Positions 1-7,956 are shown, counted from the first letter of the stretch. The stretch is 63,661 bases of DNA from an uncultured Lachnospiraceae bacterium (GCA_910585935.1 CAJUHN010000001.1:1-63661), one strand, 5' to 3'. Numbers and translations: made by a program. Notes: generated by a model not told the origin, from the letters alone.

Positions 1-80
1 CTCCCACGGAAACAAGGAAGTCCCAACCCACCGCTTTCGCCTTGGCGGCTTAGAAACGGGGGACTTCCTTGATGAGGTTA
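1..80 (+). repeat. Short hairpin that looks like an internally deleted relative of the structured repeat family (may be cut by the window edge)
   Basis: AAGGAAGTCCC (14-24) pairs with GGGACTTCCTT (60-70). The inner CCAAC..CCGCTTTCGC resembles the CCAACGAA..CGCTTTCGC block of full-length copies. Confidence 0.3.
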
Positions 81-86
81 AAAAGG

Positions 87-155
87 GACTGTTGCAAAGT
101 GTAAAGTATGGATTTTATCTTATTTTAGATTCACTTTGCAACAGTCTTTTTTTTT
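87..155. terminator. Long-loop hairpin downstream of the sialidase-like gene, probable (bidirectional) terminator
   Basis: GACTGTTGCAAAGTG (87-101) pairs with CACTTTGCAACAGTC (132-146). The loop is 30 nt, with a T-run at 147-155 and an A-run just upstream. Confidence 0.45.
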
Positions 156-160
156 ATGAT

Positions 161-1150
161 TTACTCATTCCATATCTTTATCTGCCAAAATGCAATGGTT
201 CTTCTTTTCCAAGTATAAGTGATATAAACATCTTCTCCTTTTGTTATAATAGCAGGATAAGAAAACTCAGCATTTTCTATATTTTTAGTGCATGGCACGT
301 AATCTAAATTTTGTGGCTCGCACCATGTTTTTCCATTATCTTTTGAGATACAAAATGCAATAGGAGATCGAGCTGCCCAATTTCCAGAAATGGGGTTATA
401 TACTAATATCAGCAGTCCATTCTCCATTCTGACTAAATCTATTCCACAATTATTATTTGGTAGAGATGTTTTTTCTGCTATACTCCATGTTTTTCCATTG
501 TCAGAGGAAGTACTTTGGTAAATGAAGCCTTCACTACTCCTCATGAACATATGTACTTCTCCGCTTTGATCTTGCCATAAAGTTGGCTGTATGATACCTG
601 TTCCTGTTAGAGTGTTTCTTTTGATTGGAATATTTTGGCTTCTTTCCCATGTCAGTCCGCCATCTTTAGAACAGTCTACAAAACAATTCCACTCCTCTTT
701 TTCTGTAGATGCAGGAGCTAAAATACTGTTATCCTTTAATATAATACATTTATTTTTTACTGGTCCTCTACCCCCTTTATCTCCTTTTACTAATTCTTTC
801 TCTTCACTCCATGTCATTCCATTATCCATAGATATTTTAACCATTGTCTTCCATTCTGGTATCTCACTTCCCACTTTATAAAAAAGAAATAACTTCTTTT
901 CTAATGTCAAAAGAACTGGATTCCAACAAGGAATATTTTCACAATCTGCTATCTTTCTTGGAACACTCCATTCTATTCCTTCCTGATAAGAAAACCATAT
1001 CGCTACGTCTGTCGCTTTTTCTTTTGTTCCGGCAAACCAAGCTACTCCTAAGTTTCCATTTGGCAGAAAACAAATCGTAGAAGCATGACATTGTTTAAAA
1101 TACCTTTCTGATTCAAATAAATGCTGATGATTTAATACTTGATATTTCAT
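161..1150 (-). CDS. BNR/Asp-box exo-alpha-sialidase-like protein (GH33-like), no obvious signal peptide
   Basis: Four Asp-box motifs are present (SMDNGMTWS, SKDGGLTWE, SSDNGKTWS, SKDNGKTWC). I moved the start to the ATG at 1150, which is preceded by GGAGAG; the ORF track start is 1162. Confidence 0.8.
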   Translation of the reverse strand: MKYQVLNHQHLFESERYFKQCHASTICFLPNGNLGVAWFAGTKEKATDVAIWFSYQEGIEWSVPRKIADCENIPCWNPVLLTLEKKLFLFYKVGSEIPEWKTMVKISMDNGMTWSEEKELVKGDKGGRGPVKNKCIILKDNSILAPASTEKEEWNCFVDCSKDGGLTWERSQNIPIKRNTLTGTGIIQPTLWQDQSGEVHMFMRSSEGFIYQSTSSDNGKTWSIAEKTSLPNNNCGIDLVRMENGLLILVYNPISGNWAARSPIAFCISKDNGKTWCEPQNLDYVPCTKNIENAEFSYPAIITKGEDVYITYTWKRRTIAFWQIKIWNE

Positions 1151-1240
1151 AATGCTCTCCATTCTTGTATTACTTTTCTTAAAACATAAAAGTTTATTTT
1201 TTTATCATAAATCAGCCAAATATCATTTGTTATTTTTCTT

Positions 1241-1282
1241 TATTTTATATAAACATAATATTATTTTATATAAACATAATAT
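1241..1282. repeat. Perfect tandem duplication, 2 x 21 bp, upstream of the sialidase-like gene
   Basis: TATTTTATATAAACATAATAT occurs at 1241-1261 and again at 1262-1282. Confidence 0.95.
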
Positions 1283-1383
1283 TATAAAAATCCTCATGAA
1301 ATACACTATTGATAAAATTAACTATCTCCTTTTTATCCTTTCTCTCTCCTTTACAATATTCCATACCATTTCTCCATTCTCAC

Positions 1384-1866
1384 TTACTTTCTTCTCTTTC
1401 CAGACATATGCTCTATCTCTATTTTATACACTCCTGTTTTTGAAATAGCATCTTTTATATATTTCTCTCCCTCTTCTTTATACATATAAGAATATTTTTG
1501 TATCATTTCTCTTAATATCTCCTCTTTATCCTCTAATACCTGTTTAACTTTTCCAAATACTATCACACTCTCATATTTCATTGAAAATTTATCTGGCAAC
1601 ACTTCTGTTTCTCCAACTACTGTAAAACTGACTTTATCACAAAATATCATATTTTCACATTTATATCCCTGTTCCTTCGCACAATGAAAATAAATAACAC
1701 CCATTAACTCATTTTCTTCCTCCCTATAAATATAATTCAAAGGCAGTCCATATGGATAACCATCTCTTCCTATTGTAGATAAAATGCCATATTCCCCCTT
1801 CTGCAAAATATCCTTTATTTCTTCTTCACTTATTGCCCTATCCTTTCTTCTCATTTCTCTCCGCAT
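1384..1866 (-). CDS. Pyridoxamine 5'-phosphate oxidase-like FMN-binding split-barrel protein (Nim/flavin-reductase-like family)
   Basis: 160 aa. The N-terminus RKDRAISEEEIKDILQKGEYGILSTIGRDGYPYGLPLNY is typical of this family. Confidence 0.7.
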   Translation of the reverse strand: MRREMRRKDRAISEEEIKDILQKGEYGILSTIGRDGYPYGLPLNYIYREEENELMGVIYFHCAKEQGYKCENMIFCDKVSFTVVGETEVLPDKFSMKYESVIVFGKVKQVLEDKEEILREMIQKYSYMYKEEGEKYIKDAISKTGVYKIEIEHMSGKRRK

Positions 1867-1902
1867 ATTCCTCTATCTCCTATTTCTCACTTTCTTATTT
1901 CA

Positions 1903-2304
1903 TTAATATCTAGTTCTTTGATTTTCTATATATCCTTTTATAATATCCTCACTCACCATTTCAGCAGTTGATACAAAATAATTTCTAGTCCATAAACTGG
2001 GCATTTTTGATAGTATTTCAAATTCCTCCCTTAAAATTTTACTTGTATACCCCTTAATATCTTTCATTATATTAGATGGACTCTGTGTAGGCAAACAATT
2101 TAAAAACATATAAGTATGATCCTTCTCACATCTTATTTCTAAAATTTCTATCTCTAGCTCCTCACATTTTATTGTAACTAATTCTTTAAATCGTTCTTCT
2201 ACACCCTGTATTAAAAATATTTTTCTTCTATATCTAGGGCAAAAAACAAAATGATAATTTATCATAGATATTGTTGTATTTGTATGTTTATATTCTTTTT
2301 TCAT
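1903..2304 (-). CDS. tnpA: IS200/IS605-family Y1 (HUH) transposase TnpA homologue
   Basis: 133 aa with the YHFVFCPRYRRK block, SLWTRNYFVST and the C-terminal catalytic-Tyr block KGYIENQ. The HUH position reads DHTYMFL rather than D-H-[IV]-H. Confidence 0.85.
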   Translation of the reverse strand: MKKEYKHTNTTISMINYHFVFCPRYRRKIFLIQGVEERFKELVTIKCEELEIEILEIRCEKDHTYMFLNCLPTQSPSNIMKDIKGYTSKILREEFEILSKMPSLWTRNYFVSTAEMVSEDIIKGYIENQRTRY

Positions 2305-2310
2305 AATAAT

Positions 2311-2339
2311 ATAATATATCTATATATGTATGTTGTCAA
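2311..2339 (-). promoter_or_regulatory. Putative SigA-type promoter for tnpA (TTGACA-17-TATTAT), implying a near-leaderless mRNA
   Basis: On the minus strand, TTGACA lies at 2339-2334 and TATTAT at 2316-2311, separated by a 17-nt spacer. Only 6 nt separate the -10 from the ATG and there is no SD. Confidence 0.35.
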
Positions 2340-2364
2340 GTATTACATACACCAATTAAAAAAA

Positions 2365-2533
2365 CTTTGACCAGAGGTTCGCATCGAGAAGAAAGTATTC
2401 CAACGAAACCTCGCTTTCGCTCCGTTCCAGACGTAACGGACACTAAATTCGCAGCCCCTAACAGGACTGCTCATTAAGTGCCGACGTCTTCCAAGGGGTT
2501 TCTTTTGGAATACTTTCTTCTCGATGCTAGTTT
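2365..2533 (+). repeat. Structured intergenic repeat, copy F1 (forward sense)
   Basis: CTTTGACCAGAGGTTCGC ... GCTAGTTT. The outer helix GCATCGAGAAGAAAGTATTCC / GGAATACTTTCTTCTCGATGC pairs 21/21, and the conserved core is CCAACGAA..CGCTCCGTTCCAGACGTAA..ACTAAATTCGCAG..CTCATTAAGTGCC.ACGTCTTCCAAGGGG. Confidence 0.9.
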
Positions 2534-2592
2534 ATCACATAGGCAAATTTATAAAATATCATAATCGTTATTAGGTTATAGTAGCTACTTTT

Positions 2593-2653
2593 CAACGAAT
2601 CATGAAAGGTTATCACACCCTATTATGAAAATAAAAATCTATTTTCGTAGCAA
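2593..2653 (-). repeat. 61-bp module shared with 7895-7956 (opposite orientation relative to the flanking doublet)
   Basis: The reverse complement reads TTGCTACGAAAATAGATTTTTATTTTCATAATAGGGTGTGATAACCTTTCATGATTCGTTG. It differs from the 7895-7956 copy at 2 positions. Confidence 0.85.
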
Positions 2654-2687
2654 TGTACAAAAATAAAGAAATCCCAGAATAGCCAAA

Positions 2688-2845
2688 AAACTAGCAAAGG
2701 CAAGGAATAATTCCAAAAGAAGCCCCTTGGAAGACGTCGGCACTTAATGAGCAAACCCATAAGGGTTCGCGAATTTAGTACCGCTACGTCTGGAACGGAG
2801 CGAAAGCGCGGCTTCGTTGGAATATTCCTTGCCGCCGCGAACCTT
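2688..2845 (-). repeat. Structured intergenic repeat, copy R1 (reverse sense); forms doublet 1 with F1
   Basis: AAACTAGC ... GCGAACCTT. The outer helix is GGCAAGGAATAATTCC / GGAATATTCCTTGCC and the apical hairpin variant is GCAAACCCATAAGGGTTCGC. Confidence 0.9.
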
Positions 2846-2926
2846 CCACTAAAATGTTCTCCTAACTAAATTTATTATAATAAAAAATTCTACCTATCGG
2901 AAAATAAAACCGATAGATAGAATCTC

Positions 2927-3946
2927 CTATAAAGATACTGTATTATAACAATATTCCTCTTGAATCACACTCACACACCTTGTATTGCTCATCCACTCAT
3001 AAAATAAAATATTTTTACTTTCTTTCTTAGAAAAAAGCCTCTCTAATAAAATCAATCCAATTAAAACAAATGGCATTGATATTCCATAATACAAAATCCC
3101 ATTTCGGATTACCGCCTGCCATAAAGAAAGCGCATTTCCTCCCTTGTCCACTACTCGAATCCTCAATATCCACATCCCCGGAGTATATCCCTTTGTAAAA
3201 TATAAAACCAAAATAAAATACATTCCTCCTACAGCAAAAGATCCAAACGATATTATCAATACAATCACAACTCCATCTATCATAAAAGCTAATAATCTTC
3301 TTATAACAGAAACTCTCTTCCCTTTTTTATATGCCATCTCGTCTAACGCTTTTTTGCTCGGCAATAGATATCCTAATACTGGTTCTATAAAAAATCCTAC
3401 CATACCACCGCTGGTATTTAAAAATAAATCATCTACATCAAATAAACGATATGGTCTTTTATAAATACCATATAATCCGCTTAACTGCGTCAATTCAAAA
3501 AATAAACTCAATAAAAAACTAAAAAGGAAAACCTTTTTCCAATTACATCTAAAATAATATCTCATATAAATTCCAAATGGAACAAATAACAAAATATTAC
3601 AAACCACTTGTAAAAAACAATTTTGTTTCATTGCCGGCAACCATGTTTCTGGTTGATCTATCACAAATATGGTTTCTTTAAAAAAATCCCTCACAAATTG
3701 AAATGGCAAAAGCTGTGTTATCGGACCTGTAGTATTTAAAACTTCTTCTTTAGAAGGAAGAGGCAAAATAATCAAAAGATACATACAAAGTACATATAAT
3801 ACAAAGGAATATAAAACAGCAGAACGAAACCATGGAATAGAACCATATTTTCTATATTGAAATACCATATATGGAAAAGTGATAAACACTGCAATAAATG
3901 GAAATAAAATAAGTGCTGACTTAATCGCTATAAAATAAGTATTCAT
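2927..3946 (-). CDS. VanZ-like membrane protein fused to a C-terminal RDD domain
   Basis: The protein is multi-pass hydrophobic. The VanZ-type block is ELTQLSG..RLFDVDDLFLNTSGGMVGF and the RDD-type block is RRLLAFMIDGVVIVLI. Confidence 0.7.
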   Translation of the reverse strand: MNTYFIAIKSALILFPFIAVFITFPYMVFQYRKYGSIPWFRSAVLYSFVLYVLCMYLLIILPLPSKEEVLNTTGPITQLLPFQFVRDFFKETIFVIDQPETWLPAMKQNCFLQVVCNILLFVPFGIYMRYYFRCNWKKVFLFSFLLSLFFELTQLSGLYGIYKRPYRLFDVDDLFLNTSGGMVGFFIEPVLGYLLPSKKALDEMAYKKGKRVSVIRRLLAFMIDGVVIVLIISFGSFAVGGMYFILVLYFTKGYTPGMWILRIRVVDKGGNALSLWQAVIRNGILYYGISMPFVLIGLILLERLFSKKESKNILFYEWMSNTRCVSVIQEEYCYNTVSL

Positions 3947-4064
3947 AAAAATTACCTCCTTTATTTGATACCTCTATTATAGCAAATACAGAAAAACTTT
4001 CCATTTATTCGGCTTACATTTTAAATTATATCCTTACAGTTTTGTAAGATACTATATTTCTGTT

Positions 4065-7000
4065 TTATAAAAGATCAAATAAACTCATTTGAACTCCTTG
4101 TGTTTCTTCTTTTTTCTTTTTCTTTTTTCCCTTTTCTTTATGAAAGTTTTCCTCTTTTAAATCCTCTAAAAATACAGATCTTTCTTTTGAAGTCAATAAA
4201 ATAAGTTCTTCTTTCGCTCTTGTAATCCCCACATAAAATAGTCTTCTTTCTTCTTCTATATCCACCCCTCGATTCGCTATTTCTAATGGAAGAGTTCCTT
4301 TCTTGATTCCACATAAAAATACAACTGGAAATTCCAATCCCTTTGCAGCATGTAATGTCATTAAAGATACTGCTGAGGAATGATACATTTTTTCTGTGCT
4401 TCTCTCAAAATCCCCTTCTTGTCCAAATCTCAGATTGTCTAAAAATGCTTTCATCTCTTTATAAAAAACTGCCATTCCCTCTAGTTTTTCAAACGCTTTC
4501 TCCCCTTCTAACCCATTTTTTTCTTTCCACTCTTTCAATAATTCTTGTGGACTTTCTTTCTTCACCCTAGTATAGAAATATCGTATCTTTCCCATCCACT
4601 CATTTCTTATCCCTAATTCCTCTTCCCATTGTTCTAATATATCCTCTGTCCATTCCTCATTTATCTTTTCTTTTATCCACTTTAAACACTGCTCTATCAC
4701 ATCTTCTGTATATCCTTCTATCCCCTGTAGATAAATTCTGAGAGAAATCAAATCTCTTGGTTCTAGCAGAAATCGGAAAAAGGAAATCACTTCTTGTACG
4801 GTTTTATCATCTAAGAAATCATCTCTACCCACTATTTTACAAGGAATACTTTCTTTTCTTAAACACATTTCTAATGTCTTTGCCTGCTGATGTGTGCGAT
4901 ATAAAACAGCGATTTCATCAAAATCTCTGATTCTATCCTGTTTTGCCATGCTATTGTGGATATCTAACATATCCATACCACCTGTCATCGCATTGATCTG
5001 CTTTGCAATATAAATTCCCTCTGATAATTCACTTTCTGTTGTCACTAAAGTAACTTCTTCTCCTCTTTCTTCTTTAAGAAATGGAATCAAAATATTCTGG
5101 TTCTCTTTTTTTATCGCACAAAGAGCACAATCGATAATCTCTTTTGTAGATCTATAATTTTTTACTAATCTAATCTCTCTCACTTCTTTAAAATCTTTCT
5201 TCAACTGCAAAAAATATTTCGCATTAGAGCCTCGGAAACCATAAATAGCTTGATCTGGATCACCGATAACAAATAATCCCTTTCCTTTTTCCTTCCATTT
5301 TTTTACCAATTCATATTGTATTTCATTCATATCCTGAAATTCATCCACAAAAAGATATTTTCCTTCATCTTTTGGCAATTCTTCCTGTTTCATCTCTAAT
5401 GTCAATCTCAATAAATCATCAAAATCTACAAAAGATAATCTGTTTAGCTCCTTTTGATATTCTTCTATAATTTCTTCCCATTCTCCCTCTTTCCAATAAT
5501 GTGTAAAAGGTATTCTATTCTTATATCGAGAAATCTCTTGTAATAAATTCTTTGCAGAAATTTTCAATTTTTTCCGTTGTATAATTTCTTTTATCACCTG
5601 ATTTGCTTGATAATCTTCTATCACTATCCACTCTTTTTCGCTCTTCAAAAGCATCTGATAACAGATTCCATGAAATGTTCCTATTTCTATTCCTTCTATC
5701 GCTTTCTTTCCACTCAATCGCTTTTCTAAACGCTCTCTCATTTCCTGTGCTGCCTTATTTGTAAAAGTGACCGCCCTGATCTGTGCTGGATTCACCTGAC
5801 ACTCTGATATCAAATATACAATTCTTTCGATCAATGTCTTTGTTTTTCCTGTTCCCGGTCCTGCAATTACACTTATCACCTCTTCCTTCGCACAAACCGC
5901 CGCCATCTGTTCTTCATTTAACGCTTCTTTCGTTTCTTCTTTCAGATTCTTCTTTTCCTCTTCTTTTAATATATCCATTTTCTGTTGTTCTTCCTTCTCT
6001 TCTGTCACTGCTGTTTCAGAGGAAAATATCATACTGTCAAATAAACTCACCTGTCCATATATATTATTTGTTTCTTCTTTTTTTAATACTTGTATCACTC
6101 CATATTCCCCATCATACCCTGCTGTTCTCTCCACTTGTCCTGTTCGCAGCCGATGAATTCCTTCTTCTAAAAAATTCCCTACACAATGTCTGATATCTTC
6201 TAAAGGTATTTCCCTTAAAATAGAAAATTCTGCTCCTAACTCTCTTAACATTTTTTCATATTGTACATTCACTTTACTGCTTGTCACCGCACATCCCATC
6301 GCAGAAGCTATTACCTCTGGAAGAGGTACTAAACTTTCAAATCCTTTAGCCGTGGGCAGAACAAACCCTTCTTCTCTATCCGCTAATTCTTCTACTCGAT
6401 GAAGCACTCCTATTGTAATCTTCCTTCCACAAACAGGACAGATACCATTATATTTTTTCGTTTCTGCTGGCGTCAAAGAAAGATTACATTTCCTATGTCC
6501 ATCTAAAAAATACTTTCCTTCTTCTGGAAAAAATTCAATCGTTCCACAAAATCCCTTTCCCCTTTGAATCGCACCTTCCAATCCCTGATAGGATAACTCT
6601 ATATCTAATAAATTAGCTTCTCTTCCCAATTTAGATGGAGAATGAGCGTCTGAATTAGATATTAATTGATAGCGATCTAATGCGGATAATCTCCAATTCA
6701 TCGCTGGATCAGAAGATAATCCTGTTTCTAATGCATGAATATAAGGTGTTAAATCTTCAAAACAGTCCTCTATTCTATCAAATCCAGAAAATGCACCAAA
6801 TAAAGAGAAATGAGGTGTCCAGATATGTGCTGGTACAAAAATAGCATCTTTACAGATCTCTAATGTAATTTCCAAAAGATCTCTGCTATCTAATCCTAAA
6901 ATAGGTCTTCCATCTGAATGTATATTTCCAATCGTTTCTAATTTATGTGATAAATTTTCTGCATCTTCTAAACTAGGTAGCAAAATTACATTATGTATCT

Positions 7001-7319
7001 TTCTCACTCTATCTCCTTTTTTATAAATAGAGCTAATTTCTCCTGATACCACAAATCTGGGTTTCCTATTATCATCTGTAATACCATCTTTTATTCGACA
7101 TTCTTCTTTTAAAACATAAAGACCATTTTCAGCAGGAATCAATTTCTCCTTCAGTTCTTCTCTCCAAGCAGGATGTGTGAAATCTCCTGTTCCCACAATA
7201 TCAATTCCCTTTCTTCTCGCCCATAACTCTAATGTTTCTGGAGAACAATCCTTGCTCGTAGCTCTAGAATATCTAGAATGAACATGTAAATCCGCTATAT
7301 AAGATTTTGTATTTTTCAT
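4065..7319 (-). CDS. EndoQ-like PHP-domain nuclease fused to a UvrD/PcrA-family SF1 helicase (1084 aa)
   Basis: The N-terminus has DLHVHSRYSRATS, GTGDFTHP and the zinc ribbon CPVCGRKITIGVLHRVEEL. The C-terminus has Walker A AGPGTGKT, DEFQD, VKNYRS, TLHAAKGLEF and YVGITRA. Confidence 0.85.
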   Translation of the reverse strand: MKNTKSYIADLHVHSRYSRATSKDCSPETLELWARRKGIDIVGTGDFTHPAWREELKEKLIPAENGLYVLKEECRIKDGITDDNRKPRFVVSGEISSIYKKGDRVRKIHNVILLPSLEDAENLSHKLETIGNIHSDGRPILGLDSRDLLEITLEICKDAIFVPAHIWTPHFSLFGAFSGFDRIEDCFEDLTPYIHALETGLSSDPAMNWRLSALDRYQLISNSDAHSPSKLGREANLLDIELSYQGLEGAIQRGKGFCGTIEFFPEEGKYFLDGHRKCNLSLTPAETKKYNGICPVCGRKITIGVLHRVEELADREEGFVLPTAKGFESLVPLPEVIASAMGCAVTSSKVNVQYEKMLRELGAEFSILREIPLEDIRHCVGNFLEEGIHRLRTGQVERTAGYDGEYGVIQVLKKEETNNIYGQVSLFDSMIFSSETAVTEEKEEQQKMDILKEEEKKNLKEETKEALNEEQMAAVCAKEEVISVIAGPGTGKTKTLIERIVYLISECQVNPAQIRAVTFTNKAAQEMRERLEKRLSGKKAIEGIEIGTFHGICYQMLLKSEKEWIVIEDYQANQVIKEIIQRKKLKISAKNLLQEISRYKNRIPFTHYWKEGEWEEIIEEYQKELNRLSFVDFDDLLRLTLEMKQEELPKDEGKYLFVDEFQDMNEIQYELVKKWKEKGKGLFVIGDPDQAIYGFRGSNAKYFLQLKKDFKEVREIRLVKNYRSTKEIIDCALCAIKKENQNILIPFLKEERGEEVTLVTTESELSEGIYIAKQINAMTGGMDMLDIHNSMAKQDRIRDFDEIAVLYRTHQQAKTLEMCLRKESIPCKIVGRDDFLDDKTVQEVISFFRFLLEPRDLISLRIYLQGIEGYTEDVIEQCLKWIKEKINEEWTEDILEQWEEELGIRNEWMGKIRYFYTRVKKESPQELLKEWKEKNGLEGEKAFEKLEGMAVFYKEMKAFLDNLRFGQEGDFERSTEKMYHSSAVSLMTLHAAKGLEFPVVFLCGIKKGTLPLEIANRGVDIEEERRLFYVGITRAKEELILLTSKERSVFLEDLKEENFHKEKGKKKKKKEETQGVQMSLFDLL

Positions 7320-7487
7320 TTGTTTTTCTCCTATTTTATCTTCAAAATTTTTTCTTTTTTATTCTTTGTTATAACAGAAGAACAAATATTTATATAAATG
7401 TAAAAATAGTAATTACTCCTATTATATACCATCAGTCTAATTTTGCAACCTTTTTTTTAATAATACATCAAAAATGAATTAGTATTT

Positions 7488-7655
7488 AAGGGTTTCCGCA
7501 TAGGGAAGAAAGGATTCCAACGAAGCTGCGCTCTCGCTCCGTTCCAGACGTAATGGTACTAAATTCGCAATTCCCGCTTCTTGCGGGTTTGCTCATTAAG
7601 TGCCGACGTCTTCCAAGGGGCTTCTTTTGGAATCCTTTCTTCCCTATGCTAGTTT
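7488..7655 (+). repeat. Structured intergenic repeat, copy F2
   Basis: AAGGGTTTCCGC ... GCTAGTTT. The outer helix GCATAGGGAAGAAAGGATTCC / GGAATCCTTTCTTCCCTATGC pairs 21/21, and the apical hairpin is CCCGCTTCTTGCGGG. Confidence 0.9.
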
Positions 7656-7894
7656 TTGACCCTTCTACTTTTTATATCTATCATAATTTCCATCTTTAAC
7701 CTTATCGCCGTTCATACTCTACCATTGTAAAATGGGGGGATTTTTTTATTCTACTGGAAGTAAAAAATTCTATGCGTCACATAATTTAAAAGAATATATT
7801 CTTAACCTATTAGTTTTAAAGGATGAGTTAAAACTACAAAACTAACAGTTACCACAACATATATTTTTTGTTATAATCAACAGGTATATGGACG

Positions 7895-7956
7895 TTGCTA
7901 CGAAAATAGATTTTTATTTTCATAATAGGCTGTGATAACCTTTCATGATTTGTTGA
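7895..7956 (+). repeat. 62-bp module shared with 2593-2653
   Basis: TTGCTACGAAAATAGATTTTTATTTTCATAATAGGCTGTGATAACCTTTCATGATTTGTTGA. It contains the hairpin GAAAATA-GATTTT-TATTTTC. Confidence 0.85.

Noticed and set aside
591-1080. Many 60-136-aa ORFs on the strand opposite long, well-supported genes (e.g. 591-881, 844-1080, 3144-3464, 5783-6193, 13317-13619, 19810-20082, 25838-26590, 31020-31521, 44268-44674, 45171-45503, 46455-46723, 52013-52656, 54387-54608, 60359-60836)
   Set aside because: These are shadow ORFs inside genes with clear homology. Their sequences are low-complexity (Leu/Phe/Ser/Ile-rich) and have no RBS or motif.
161-1150. The sialidase-like gene as part of the nonulosonic acid system
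   Set aside because: It is 23 kb away from the pathway and separated from it by unrelated genes and repeat doublets. I could see no shared operon or regulatory link.
4065-4140. T-rich homopolymer runs encoding the KKKKKK tail of the EndoQ-UvrD protein as a possible slipped-strand phase-variation tract
   Set aside because: The runs are short (5-6 nt) and interrupted, and they lie in the last 25 codons. A shift there would barely alter the protein, and there is no evidence of frame disruption.
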